DNA of 64,000 nt from Phoronis australis (taxonomy: Eukaryota > Animalia > Phoronida): contig NMRA01000150.1 of NCBI GenBank assembly GCA_002633005.1, forward strand, positions 673,914-737,913, in the 5' to 3' direction. Position 1 is the first letter of the stretch; each line of letters begins with the position of its first letter. The notes beneath the pieces are model-generated. The model made no database searches. It was not told the DNA's origin and saw nothing but the letters and a program-made list of their open reading frames with translations. Of this stretch, positions 36,940-49,180 are shown piece by piece. The position numbers were made by a program, and so were the translations under genes.

Positions 36940-37345
36940 ACAACTTAAGTCATACTAAAATGACTACATGAGCAGGACGCACGAGGTGACCTGGACAAAC
37001 GCTGCCAACTGACTACATGTGCACACAACTTAAGTCATACTCAACTGACTGCATGACCAGTACACACAACGTGACCAGGACACGCTGCCAACTGACTACA
37101 TGTACGCACAACTTAGAGGGGCGGATCCGTGATTTTGAGTTGGGGGGTAGGGGCAGGGCAGAGTATTAGCCAGGATTTTGCCCGTCAAACATTCGCACCG
37201 CCGAACTGCCAAAAGGAATCGGGGAGAATTTTAGGGAGGCCATGCCACCCCTCTAAATCCGCCACTGACAAGTCGTACTCAACTGACTACATGATCAGGA
37301 CACACATTGCCAACTGACTACATGACCAGGGCACACGTTGCCAAA
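36940..37345 (+). repeat. Degenerate ~31-bp satellite; reverse complement of the 43010-43595 array
   Basis: GCCAACTGACTACATGACCAGGACACAC-type units. Confidence 0.8.
37116..37268. mobile_element. Short MITE with [C/G]AG[G/T]GGCGGAT-type TIRs inserted in the satellite
   Basis: GAGGGGCGGATCC...AAATCCGCCACTG; same terminus as the elements ending at 42746 and 63376. Confidence 0.7.
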
Positions 37346-37608
37346 TCACTATTCTTGGTCAACCACAATAAACACTGAAGCGTTTTCTCCAATACCCGAT
37401 TGTACCAACTGTCTTGTTTGTATGGAAATAGAATTCTGTCAGGGTAAGGAATAGCATGAAAACAATTTTGATTTTCCTCTTTAGCCACCTAAACGGCGAA
37501 ATGCAGTTTTATTTAGTCATTTTAACATAGAACCCACGAATAGTAATTTTTCTCTGAAACGAGGCGTGAACAACATGAAGGGTTGTTTACATTCCAATCG
37601 CTAGTTCA

Positions 37609-37736
37609 CATGGGAGGCGCACCATAGGGGGCTGGGAGAGTCTACAGCCCCCTACTTTTTTCAGTGCTGCGCTGCCCATGGTCTATGGGCTCTGGTGGCT
37701 ATAGCCCCACTTTTTTTCAGAGCTGCACCGCCCATG
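37609..37736. mobile_element. CATGGG-ended MITE (internal duplication), 5-bp TSD GTTCA
   Basis: gttca|CATGGGAGGCGCAC...CTGCACCGCCCATG|gttca. Confidence 0.8.
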
Positions 37737-39376
37737 GTTCATGGACCAGATTAGCCGTTCAAAACAGTTTTCTAACTGCAAACGGTGGAAGATTGCCGCT
37801 AAATTCAATTATAAAGTAATTATGTTTTACCATGATCAGGGTTCGTCACCACGGGCTCCGTGGTAACTCTTCCGGTTCTCGTGGACCATTGTTAATTGAT
37901 GCATGGTTGACATTCCAATGCCAAAATCAAACTAATGCATGGTTCATGTCGCTGAAGTACTTACTCGTAGTAACAGTTCAAGGGATTTTTGTATGTTTCT
38001 GTGGCCCAGAATATGTTACGGGACAATAGCTTAAAGGCTGCAATCAAGTCATACCTGTAGTCGGTTACTGAAACGAGAGGACGAGTATGCGGGACCAACT
38101 ACAACATAAGTTGCCGCGACGTACTGCACAGAACTTGAATTTGCCTTGTGGGATTGCTGCAGATAAGTGTTTACATTGGCATTTGTAAAAAATAACCAGT
38201 AATGAATGTCTCACTAAACAAATCCGCGTAACTGGTTTGCAGACAACACCGCCACTTTTTGTCATTCTGTACCCATTTGTTAATTCTTTGAGCGATGTTT
38301 GACTTACCTTCAGTTCGATAGTTCTCCCTCCGCAAAGTGATATATTGACTATTCCGGCACATTGCGCGCGCATAAATGACAACGAGTGACTTTACAGAAC
38401 TTGATGGCTTTCTTGAGAAACTTCGTTGTTGAGCAAAACGGAAAGAGACAAAATACCGCATAAACAACATTTAATGTTGGTATATTACGAGAACAGTCAG
38501 AATGAGCACAAAACAATACATTTACAACTATCAATTTGTCAATGCCAAATGGCCTTTGTCCTTTGACACAAACAAGATCCTGGGAAGTTAGAATTTGTAT
38601 ACTTATACAATGTAAACGAACGATTGCATGCCCGTAGGAAGGAAAATACTATTGGGGGGCACAAACCAATCTGACTTCGCTAACCTACCCCCNCATACTG
38701 TACCGAGCCCCCCCCCCCCACGTCCGCCATAGGTGGGGGTAATACCGAGGATGCAGCCATCAGGATTTGAGTAAACGTGAATCAGCAAAGTTTCACGGAG
38801 AGTAAGAATGGGTCTAGGTCCAGCGTACTGACGGGTAGCTCGAAGCTGCCTGAAGTGACTATAGCTGGGCTCCAACATTGTATTCGCACCCGTATTCCTC
38901 TGCTGTGGATCAAAGGTCAAGGTTTGTTTTATGATCCAGTTTCGGGAAAACTTCATTTTATTATTGCCAGTCTTTGAAGTAATTTTTGAACAAAATGTTC
39001 GAGAAAAACGACACAAAATCCCCTAAAAAAAGCAAATCTTCGTATTCATAATTCATAGTCCTGAACGAACCATGTATTCCGTTTTTTTTTTTCTTTTCTT
39101 TAGTAAAAGGTCACATCCTCAACAATGTTAAGCTGATTGCGTGCATGCTGTGTCTGTAGTATGCACGGGAAATGCAAGCAAACGATTCCGTTTTGAAAGA
39201 CAAAAATTCATTGTTCAACACTACTGAAAACTAAAAACATCATAGAACTGCAAAGGGGATCTTTCCAAGTTGATGACCAATGAGTTAGATTTTATATATT
39301 TAAGTAATTAAACGTCTTTTTCGATCTACGGTTTGTAAACTTAAACCCAGTAATCTAGTTTCTAAGCCAATAGACA

Positions 39377-40030
39377 ATTTATTGTCATTTGAAATGTGAA
39401 GAGGATTCTGGGATACTTTATAGAGCTGTCCGAAATTCATCAATTTCGTTGAGAATTATTTCAGATAGGCAAAAAGCATTTAGCGTACTTTTATATTTGA
39501 GGATCTGATGATAGATCGAATTTTCCCGATGTCTGCTTGCAACTAAGTTCATTGAAGCATTCTCATTTCTACAAGATTAGCTTCTAATTGTCAAAAAAAC
39601 TAATCCGTCAATCAGTCCACATTCATAGATACATAAACATGTAAATCAGAATCCAACAATCAAATCCATGAGCAACGCGTTTACCTTTATTATTAAAATA
39701 ACTCAATTCTGTTTTGACCTCCTGTTAGTGAGTTTAAACAACAAAACTTGTACCGAAGTCAAAAAGCAATGTATTTATTGTCATTTGAAATGTGAGTAAA
39801 TTTTTGGGAAGTGTCCAAATTCCATCAATGTCTTTGAGTGTTGTTTTAAACAGGCAAAAAGCGGCCAGGTGCACTTTACTATTTGGGGATCTGATTACAT
39901 TTTTTTTCATATCCAGGCTACAACTAAATTCCCTGAATCGTCATCATTTCTTAAAAGATTAGCATCTAATTGTCAAAAAGCATCTATTAACCTGTCGGTT
40001 TTCGCAGATACATAAGCATGTAAATCAGAA
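39377..40030. repeat. Diverged direct duplication (~270-bp units at 39377 and 39773)
   Basis: ATTTATTGTCATTTGAAATGTGA...CATGTAAATCAGAA occurs twice with many substitutions. Confidence 0.75.
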
Positions 40031-40743
40031 AACAACGAATTTGTTTAATCAAAACGGAAATCAATGTTATAAGCAATGTCCGCAGCCATGCTCGCAGATT
40101 TTTGGCGGGTAACCCGGGGAAAATGGGAGATTGGGCATTCATAGTAAGGTGTATTTTTGCATACTACCGAGGTACCTATAACGGTTCACGAGTTTAACTT
40201 GACACCCCTCTCACAAAAAACGTTAAAATACCGTTCATTATTGGGGGTATTTGTGTACACTCGATCACCCCAATAGTAGCCTCGACAGCAGAGTTTTACA
40301 CATGTGGGAATTCCTTACAAACAAGTCATAGTAACCATTTTCAAAAGAGATACTATTCTTGTGGTACTATGGGAAACAGCAACATTACTTTAAAATTACA
40401 TTATTTTTTGGCCATAGTACGATTAGAAAACGGACAATCTCTCACTCTTGGCATTTCACCGCATGGATGTGGAATGGTAATTGACACTTGTCCTACTGTA
40501 CATATCCTGACGATGACTTATGAAAAGACGTAACGTTGAGTTAAAATGAACTGTTTTATTTGTGCGGCGATTGTACGTTTTATAATTATAATCCTTTTGT
40601 GTAATTAACACGTTCTTCAAAATTCCATCCTTTCGATGGTTGATCAATCCCATTGTATTTTTTCACATTTTTGTTTGGATCGAATGTCTTGACACTGCTG
40701 TGCTGTGCACGAATGTTGGTGCTCGAGAATACTTGGCAGTGTC

Positions 40744-40818
40744 CATGGGCGGCGCACCAAAGGGAGGGGGGGGGGGGCTTTAACCCCCCACACTTTTTTC
40801 AGTGCTGCACCGCCCATG
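40744..40818. mobile_element. 75-bp CATGGG-ended MITE, 5-bp TSD GTGTC
   Basis: gtgtc|CATGGGCGGCGCAC...GTGCTGCACCGCCCATG|gtgtc; same family as 37609-37736. Confidence 0.85.
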
Positions 40819-42117
40819 GTGTCGGATTTACATGCATAGATGGACAAAGGGAAATTTACCCGAACTTCTTCACCGAGACAGGGTACCGTCTGAAATGGGA
40901 CCCCTTAATTGTGTAAGACTAAACATCATTAAGCTTGGAAAAAAGTGACAGATCATTGCACCGTCGTGTGGTCACAAGACGTTTCAGGAAGTGATCCTCT
41001 TCAACATGAAAGTCAGTTGCACAATTTCACAAAAAACAGTAAACTAGACGTAATCAAGTCCAACATTGGACCCTCTATCAGTGAGCGGACCCTTAAGAAT
41101 TTGTCAATAAAAACATAAAAAGGGGCCCCTCAAAATGAATTTATCAATACTTTGAAAAATCAAGAAATGTGCAGAAAATTGATGATTATGATATCTGTCA
41201 GGGCATCAAGTGAGACACAATTCGAGAAAAAGCGACAGTTGTTCCCGTTATCCCTTACCAAAGAGGTGCGTCTGGAAAAATATGGTTTTGCAGTCGCAAA
41301 ATTTTGACTTCGCTCTACAATTGTTTTGAAATATAATGCATGAATAATTACATGCATGTCTTCAAGTGCGTTAAAACGACCTGTGCTGCGAAAGCGGAGA
41401 CCTCAACAACAATGGCCTGGCCAGGGTCCCCAAAGGTAAACCATGCACTGATGCAGAGTTGTTAAATGTTTCTCTTGATTTTTCTCTCTTATCCGAATTC
41501 AGCAGTCTTTCTTTTCTTAACTGTCCCCGCCCAACGCGTATGTCGGTTGCCACGGTTGAACCCTGACGCCTGAAAATTTCTGGGGGGCCCGTACAACCCC
41601 CCCCCCCTCCGGCCCCCGCTTTCTACGGCCCTGGATAAAAGCGAAACTATGTCAAATCACACCGGTCAAAATACAAATGAATTCAGGCTCTAGAACTAAC
41701 TAAATGAAACAGTTATGCGAAATGCAAAATTCCAGGTCACGGGAAAACGCCCAACGGAAGAAAATGCATATACGTCAGAGTAACTTAGGGCGCAAAGACC
41801 AAGAATCTGGAGACGAGAAAATGCAATGCACATACCTAAAAACAAATACAGATACAAACGTATGATTACATCAAGGAGTNNNNNNNNNNNNNNNNNNNNN
41901 NNNNNNNNNNNNNNNNNNNNNNNNNNNNNNNNNNNNNNNNNNNNNNNNNNNNNNNNNNNNNNNNNNNNNNNNNNNNNNNNNNNNNNNNNNNNNNNNNNNN
42001 NNNNNNNNNNNNNNNNNNNNNNNNNNNNNNNNNNNNNNNNNNNNNNNNNNAGTGGCGCTGCGCACTACGACTCCGTTTCCGTCGTCTGCTCCACTGTGCA
42101 ATGAAGAAAATTTACTT

Positions 42118-42746
42118 CATTTTTTAAAGAAAATGGAACCTGAGTGACGATGAAAAAAACAGAAGCTGCTGGTAAGATGTGAATTTTAATCGAAGCCTTA
42201 GTGAATCACTCAGAAACCTGCAATACTCTCTTTGTCAAACCTTATCTTAAGACGATTTCCAAAGCAATTCTGTCATTATTGCCAACACGAAAAATGGATT
42301 TGGTCTTTTGGGCATTTAAGACTATTTCAAATACGACAAATTTGTTAAGAATTGATGGCACAAAATATGAAACGTGTAATAAGCATTACAAAAAGAAGTA
42401 AGTTTCGCGCGCAAACGCTGTGGCCCATAAACAAGTAGGTCTTTTAATATTAGACTATACGCCAGGTCGTGAGTTCGAGTCTTTGGTACGTGCATTTTTT
42501 CCTGTTTGACACGTTCTCCGTCTTTTTTTGCCTTTTTCATGGATAATACTTCAGGAATCAAGGAAAATGCTTGAGTTTTAGAGGTAAAAACAGAAAAATT
42601 TCCTGGGTGGGAGGGGGTTTGCCCCCCTCCCGACCTCTCCCCATTCGGTGCTATGCGCATCTACAATCGTGGTTCGGTTTGCGCAAATGCTTCCAGCCGG
42701 ACAAAATGTTGGGCCCCTCCCTTGTGATATCCTAGATCCGCCACTG
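42118..42746 (-). mobile_element. Non-autonomous DNA transposon end; inverted homolog at 63376-64000
   Basis: ~630 bp highly similar to the reverse complement of 63376-64000; terminus CAGTGGCGGATCTAGG. The other end is in or beyond the N gap. Confidence 0.85.
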
Positions 42747-42780
42747 ACCACCGAGTAAAATGTACATGATATCACACTCG

Positions 42781-42996
42781 TCAGTCATTAATTTTCATGG
42801 AACTAAGCAAAAGAACTAATTTATTTACAGGATGCAAAAAAGTTGACGTCAACGTTTTAAGATGACTGCTCCTTACATTGTGATCCATCACCAATTCTGT
42901 CACTCGACCCATATTCCAGTCTCTCCTGTGAAAGCCTTCCTCCTTGATGAGTACATCATTCACCTTCAGATTGCGACTCGGAACTTGCCACTTAGT
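42781..42996 (-). mobile_element. BEL/Pao LTR retrotransposon remnant (post-integrase C-terminal DUF5641-like region)
   Basis: TKWQVPSRNLKVNDVLIKEEGFHRRDWNMGRVTELVMDHNVRSSHLKTLTSTFLHPVNKLVLL matches the KW..RNL..GD.VL.KE...W..GRV....VR....KT.....RP..KL.LL pattern. Confidence 0.82.
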
Positions 42997-43009
42997 ATAT
43001 TACGACATT

Positions 43010-43595
43010 GCAATCAGTTGGCAGCGTGTGACCTAATCATGTAATCAGTTGGCAGCGTGTGTCCTGATCAGGTCGTGTGTTCTAATCGTGTAGTTAGTTG
43101 GCAGCGACTTTCCTGTCACGTAGTCAGTTGTTATCGTGTGTGCTGGACCGGTAGACAGTTGGCACCGTGTATCCTGGATAGGTAGTCATTTGCCTGGCAC
43201 CGTGTGTACTGGACGGGAAGTCAGTGGGCAGCGCGTGTCCTGGTCAACGGTACATGTATTTAGTTGACAGCGTCTGCACTGGACAGGTAGTCAAATAGCA
43301 GCGTGTGTTTTGGACAGGTAGTTATTTGGCACTCTGTGTCCTGCTCATGAAGTCAGTTGGCAGCGTGTTTCCTGGACAGGTAGTCAGTCAACAGCATGTT
43401 TTCTGGTCATGTAGTCAGTTGCCACGTATGTCCTAGTTAAGTAGCCAGTTGGCAGCGAGTATCCTGGACATGTAGTCAGTTGGCAGCGTGTGTCCTTGTC
43501 ATCTAGTTAGTTGGCGTGTGTTTCCTTGTGATGTAGTCAATTGGCAGCGTGTGTCTTGGACAGGTAGTCAGTTGGCACCGTGTGTCCTGGACAGT
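43010..43595 (-). repeat. Degenerate ~31-bp satellite, ~18 units
   Basis: Unit ~GTAGTCAGTTGGCAGCGTGTGTCCTGGACA. Confidence 0.88.
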
Positions 43596-43869
43596 GCTAA
43601 GAGTGCGAAATAATCATAGAAAATACGCATGCGAGAGATTTAATGAAGCTTACATTAAACCGAAAACCAGTAATGATAAGTAATTCAGATGGGCGATAAA
43701 ACACCTACTATACATATTGATACGCTGGTGGATGACAAAAGGCAAAGCAGTCAAAGGTTGCACAAATATTCGATTTGGAATTATAGTGGGTACAACTGAA
43801 TGTGCAATTTTTCAAAATAATCAAAATCACAAACACAACCAGTAGCCTGTCTGTGGAAAATAAAGATTG

Positions 43870-44024
43870 CAGTTACTGTCACAAGTTTTTCTTGCACCAG
43901 CTCCCCCTGTCGTTTTTGCGATTTCTTGTCATAGTATGTGTCAGCGGTCTTAATACTATGGGCCATATGTTTTTTGTTCTTCTGATGTTTTTTATGAATC
44001 TTCCCTTCCTTTCTTACTGCTATC
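43870..44024 (-). pseudogene. Tyrosine-recombinase C-terminal fragment, copy 1 (Crypton-like)
   Basis: tttcag|g IAVRKEGKIHKKHQKNKKHMAHSIKTADTYYDKK; R..H...MxHS..TA...Y pattern. Confidence 0.55.
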
Positions 44025-44382
44025 CTGAAAATTCAAAGATCGGTCCATCTTGGAATTGTAGCTTGTGTACCATATTTGATATTTATACACAACAATGCAT
44101 AGTGTGATGTAGTTCCTTTCTACTACGGAACATTGTTCAGGCTTTTCTTCTTATGAGTTGGCAACCTTTAAAAAACGTAATTCATTTTTGACGAAAAGAT
44201 TTCACTTGAATGAATAGTTATGTTGATTTGGTTTTGTAAACTAAAAGCAAATAAAATTTAAACATTTTGCAAATAAAATTTGAAAGGATTTTTCAGCTAC
44301 AGATCAAACACAAACACTCCCACTAGCCGGTCAGTGGTAAACAGAGATTACAACTACTGTTTTAAACATGATAAATCCTTAC

Positions 44383-44570
44383 CTGGTAAGTTGCCACAAG
44401 TTTTTCTTGCACCAGCTTCCTCTAGCTTTTTTGCGATCCCTTGTCGCAATATGTGTCCGCCGTAGGCCTATTTATACTGTGCGCCATATGTTGAGCAAGA
44501 GAAATCTGTTGTTCTCTGGAGCCACCACTCTAGCTGATTAGTGTCACAGCAAGTCAGCGAGCTTTTGACG
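44383..44570 (-). pseudogene. Tyrosine-recombinase C-terminal exon, copy 2, with stops
   Basis: ttttcag| ...AR*LAVTLIS*SGGSREQQISLAQHMAHSINRPTADTYCDK... |gtaagg. Confidence 0.6.
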
Positions 44571-45084
44571 CTGAAAATAAAAAACAACACTTAAAGACCA
44601 CACAAATAAAAATATAGCGAACTCCATCAAATACCACAGGGAAATAGACTAATTGATTGATTGATTGATTATTGTCGGTGAAATCGACACATTTCGTTTC
44701 GCGACGGAAACCCGCTGAAACCGCGGCTTCAACGACGCTCGCTTTCCGTCGCCGGGCGGAACAACCCGTCACTGAGCAATACTCAAATCACTGAGTCCCC
44801 CGGGCCGGCTCCGCCACCTGGGAACGTACCTGCGCCACCTGTCTTCCACTGGCTAGTAAGGAGGCCGCGCTCCGGCTTCGATACGGATTCCGCGCTCTGC
44901 GGCGCCGATAGTCATATGCGTACCACGGTAATCGAACACGTACACATGCAGGGACACAACTGCCAAGGCAGGGACAGCGTCGATAAGCCCCACGAACAGC
45001 CAAGTTGCCAGATCACCAACTGAAAACCTGGCGCATGTTCCGTGACAGTAAAATCTATTTCGCCGCCCAAACTCTACCTTACAG

Positions 45085-45932
45085 AAACCAACACAGATGG
45101 CCAATAATCTACACATTTCTTAGGACTTGGAAAATTTTTCAACGCAACGTTTCTGAAACCAACGCAAATGGCCAATAATAGACACATTTTTCGAGACTTA
45201 AAAAATTTCGTTCACACTCGCAGGGACAGACCTGCACGTGGACTGCGGCGCGCTCCGGCCTTGGCCAGCGCAGACCCGACTTTATGATCGCGTGGACTTT
45301 TCACAGATAGCCGGGACACGACTAGGGACTGTATCCCGGCCCGCTGATCGACCCCGCTACGTTTCCTTACCTTTGTAATATTTTCAAGGCAACTTTGAGA
45401 AAGCGACACAAATGGCCAATAATCGACACATGTCTTCAAGATCAGGGACTTCGAAAATCTTTCAAAGCAACGTTTCTGAAACCGACACATGTGGCCAATA
45501 ATCGACACATTTCTTGGGACTTTTGCACATACGCAGGAAAGGACCTACAGGGGGACTGCCAGCGCTCCGGCCTCGGCCAGCGCAAACCAAGGTTGTCGGA
45601 TTTGACCGCGTGGACCGCCGTCTGGGGATTTTTCACAAGTAGCCGGGACACGACTACAGACTAGTTGTATACCGGCCCACCGCTCGTACCCGATACTTTA
45701 ATTAGCTTCACTTTGTTACTGACATTTTCAGAGCACCTTTGAGGAAGCGACACAAATGGCCAATAATCGACACATTTCTTAGGACTTAAAAAATTTTGCA
45801 CAGGGGACAGACCTGCAGCGCTCCGGCCTCGGCAGGGCAGAACCCACATGCTGCCGGACATGAGACTGAGACCACGGTCTGGGGACCGCGGTTTCACAGG
45901 TAGCCGGGAAATGACTACAGACTGTATACCGG
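45085..45932. repeat. GC-rich complex tandem repeat (three ~270-310-bp units)
   Basis: Recurring A[A/G]ATGGCCAATAATCGACACATTTC and GCGCTCCGGCCTCGGCCAGCGCA / TAGCCGGGACACGACTA blocks. Confidence 0.75.
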
Positions 45933-46060
45933 TGTCACGTAAAATTTCTTCCCCGTGAAATTTCTTGCCCAAAATACCCTGTTGCGCATGCGCGGTATTG
46001 AGGGTCACTTATTTTATGTCTAAAGCATAAAATAACTTCCCCCGTGAAATATCTTTCCCC
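45929..46060 (+). repeat. Dispersed repeat; homolog at 52745-52878
   Basis: CCGGTGTCACGTAAAATTTCTTCC...CGCATGCGCGGTATT...TTATTTTATGTCTAA..CATAAAATA palindrome in both copies. Confidence 0.8.
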
Positions 46061-46369
46061 GTCTAGCCAAGACAGGTCGACCTCTCCTCCGACCATCATC
46101 ATGCACAGAAATACCCCGAGAAGAAATGGACAAACTCCCTCCTTCAAAACATTCTAACAGATTAGTCGATAGGCGTTTGATGTTTTTATTTAATGAACCT
46201 AAAAGACCATCCGTGGGACTGAACTTTTTAGTTGGGCGGTCAGAGGATACCCTACTATTGGTATCACGAGATTGGACTGGAGTTAGACCTGATCGTCACG
46301 CCCCAACTCGTTTAAATCATCGGACTCATTCCCAAAGGATGTACGACGAATTCTAGCCGCTTGCGGGCT

Positions 46370-48249
46370 ACGGCATGCTGACTGGTAGTGACCAAACTTA
46401 CCACACTCTAGAACACATTACTGAAGGTCTCTGTGGGAAGCTTGGAGGGACATGGGGAGGGGATCTCGATGGTTTTGGATTAGAATCCAGCAATTTTAAT
46501 ACCCTCGACAAATCTGAGGAAATGCCCCTAAAATTTGAACTCAAGTCTGGGACATACCTTTAAGTTCCCGATGTATAAGGGCGTTGTCTTCTTTAAGACC
46601 TCCTATTTCCGAGTTGACCTTATAGCCATCTGAGACCCCAAATCCAAAGCATGTAGCCTAGACTCAACCGCAGAGCTCGAAGCGGAGGATGCTAGTGGAG
46701 AAAACTTTAAGTAAAACCAGGTTGACCGAAGCATCGTCCGGACGCGATGGTGACCCCTCNAGTGGAGAAAACTTTAAGTAAAACCAGGTTGACCGAAGCA
46801 TCGTCCGGACGCGATGGTGAGCCCTCGAACCAAACAGACCGACTGTTTTTATTAGCCATCAATCGCTGGGTCGTACCGAACCATGCAGCCTTGGACTCTG
46901 ACTCAGCAAGGGACGAAGGAGATGAATTCATCACCTGCGTACCTACTACCTTATCTCGTAACCCAAGGGAGAACCGGAAAACAAGATCTACTTTTTCTTG
47001 CTCCGAAGGATTCGGGAAGGGTTTTAAAAATAACCTATTTAACCTACACGCCCAATTCTCAATAGATTTCCCCGATTTCTGCTCGGCGTATTGGAATTCA
47101 AGACGCAAGACCGGGGTGCAGTCAGTCGATGAAAAATGTTCTGACATTTGCGCAACCACGTCATCAAAACCAGAGTCTGGGTTCCTTCTCATGAAATTAA
47201 GAAAGAAATTTAAGGTAACATCGTCTAAACACATTCCTAATTCAGAGACGCACTTGTCTTCGGACCATAAATTGTGCTTGGCTAAGCGCTGGAACTTCCA
47301 AAAGATGTCGTCCTACTTGCCCTTATCCCTTAGAAAAACTTAGATGGGGCATTTGGCCTTAAGCTATCAGGACGGGTGAGGGTAGACGGACCAGCCGTTC
47401 GGCTACCAGAACTCGTGGCAGGCACAGACGAAAAAGTATCCTGCCTAGTGGAGTATTTTCTTCTCCCTGTAACAGGGGATTTATTCAACCCGTCACAGGC
47501 CTGGGCAATGCCATTCAAGTCCTGGGGCAAATGGGTACGTACAGGACTACCCAGAGGAGAGGTATCCTGGGACTGAACTTCATCATATTAGGTGAAATCA
47601 ATGCCAGATAGCACTCCTCGTTAACCTCCATCTGGAATGGATGTGGTTAATATTTCCGGGGTTATCAGCGCAGTCTGCTGAAAAGCCAGAATAGTTTGGG
47701 CAATAGCTTCGGTCATGCCCGAGAGCTTAAATAACTCTTGGGAAAGACAGAAGTTCNAGAACTTCCAAAAGATGTCGTCCTACTTGCCCTTATCCCTTAG
47801 AAAAACTTAGATGGGGCATTTGGCCTTAAGCTGTAAGGACGGGTGAGGGTAGACGGACCAGCCGTTCGGCTACCAGAACTCGTGGCAGGCACAGACGAAA
47901 AAGTATCCTGCCTAGTGAAGTATTTTCTTCTCATTGTAACAGGGGATTTATTCAACCCGTCACAGGCCTGAGCAATGCCATTCAAGTCCTGGGGCAAAGG
48001 GGTACGTACAGGACTACCCAGAGGAGAGGTATCCTGGGACTGAACTTCATCATATTGGGTGAAATCAATGCCAGATAGCACTCCTCGTTAACCTTCATCT
48101 GGAATGGATGTGGTTAATATTTTCGGGGTTATCAGCTCAGTCTGCCGAAAAGCCAGAATAGTTTGGGCAATAGCTTCGGTCATGCCCGAGAGCTTAAATA
48201 ACTCTTGGGAAAGACAGAAGTTCATTGGAACACTATCTACAAACGACAT
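46370..48249 (-). mobile_element. Decayed Ty3/Gypsy-type gag ORF (HhH-like N-terminus, capsid-like region, CCHC knuckle)
   Basis: FWKFQRLAKHNLWSEDK...LGMCLDDVTLNFF...LEFQYAEQKSGKSIENWACRLNRLFLKPFP...LVFRFSLGLRD; knuckle ECGKFGHYQSAC at 46373-46408. Contains stops and two N-joined duplications. Confidence 0.75.
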
Positions 48250-48579
48250 AGTAAGGACCCGGGGCTTCGCCTTAGGACTTACTAAGGAAAACCACGTGGT
48301 CACTTAGTCTACTCTAGAATTCCTAGAAAGGTCCTACAATTTAACTAATTTATAAAATAATAAATAAGAAACTATTCTATGTACAATTTACTAAATATTT
48401 ACATATATCTATAATTCCTAACACTGAACTAACAATAAACGCTTTGGTACGCTCTAGTAAACCTGAAGCCTGGCACTGCAAAAGCAGTGACGTACGTGGC
48501 CGTCAAAATGGCCACGAGAAAAACAAGTTATGAAAACTTATTTCCCGCCATATTTCCTGTACTTCCTTTCTGGCCTAAG

Positions 48580-49180
48580 TCAGACTTTAATCAAAGTTGA
48601 GCAAAAGTTGACAGCTTAGTGCATGCACCTCATCATTTTCATATGAGCTGAACTATGATGGAGATTTTGTTGTATAACGTTCAAGCATATACCCAACAAC
48701 ATCCCTTGAATGAATGTGCTTATTTAAGAAAGCAGGTGAAAATTAAAAAATAATTCGAATATTCATTTGGCCAAAGACTAATGACATTTTCAGTCGAAAA
48801 TTGAATCTACTGCCATGCGCGCACTCAGCTTAAAATTAAGGAGGGGCTCGAATTTTTCCGTGTGCGGACCTTATACTGAAAAAAACAAAGCGAGGACTAA
48901 AAAACGGGGTACTAGGTTCAGACCTATGAAATGTCCGTTCGCGCCGATTTCTCGTGGACTTTTGTCTCGTTTTCTCGGACCTTTTCTTTCTTTGAGGCGG
49001 ACCTTTTTGCCCAGTTCGCCCAATGCAGGAGTGCACGCATTTACTGAACATCCAATGACTGTGCTGAAATATATGTGCATCCAACAGTGTGTGTACATCG
49101 TTCCTATTCTATATCAATGTATCATGTTCAGTTCTACATCACTGTACTTCTAGATAAATGAAATACAACCGTTCTTCTGG
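48580..49180 (+). repeat. Dispersed repeat; homolog at 61660-62063
   Basis: GTCAGACTTTAATCAAA...CCAAAGACTAATGACATTTT...TACTGAACATCCAATGACTGTGCTGAAATATATGTGC shared. Confidence 0.85.
48813..49041. mobile_element. 229-bp MITE nested in the above repeat
   Basis: TIR-like CATGCGCGCACT...AGTGCACGCAT with flanking TACTG duplication; the homolog at ~61915 shows the empty site GTCTACTGAACATCC. Confidence 0.8.

Noticed and set aside
38050-38480. Possible minus-strand exon(s) ending at a cag|gtatg donor near 38055
   Set aside because: No recognisable protein similarity or partner exons.
46694-46826. 66-bp direct repeat
   Set aside because: Joined by N 46760; contig-overlap artefact.
47292-48223. 465-bp direct repeat that could be mistaken for LTRs
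   Set aside because: The copies are adjacent, joined by a single N (47757), lie within gag coding sequence and lack TG...CA ends. Likely an assembly overlap.
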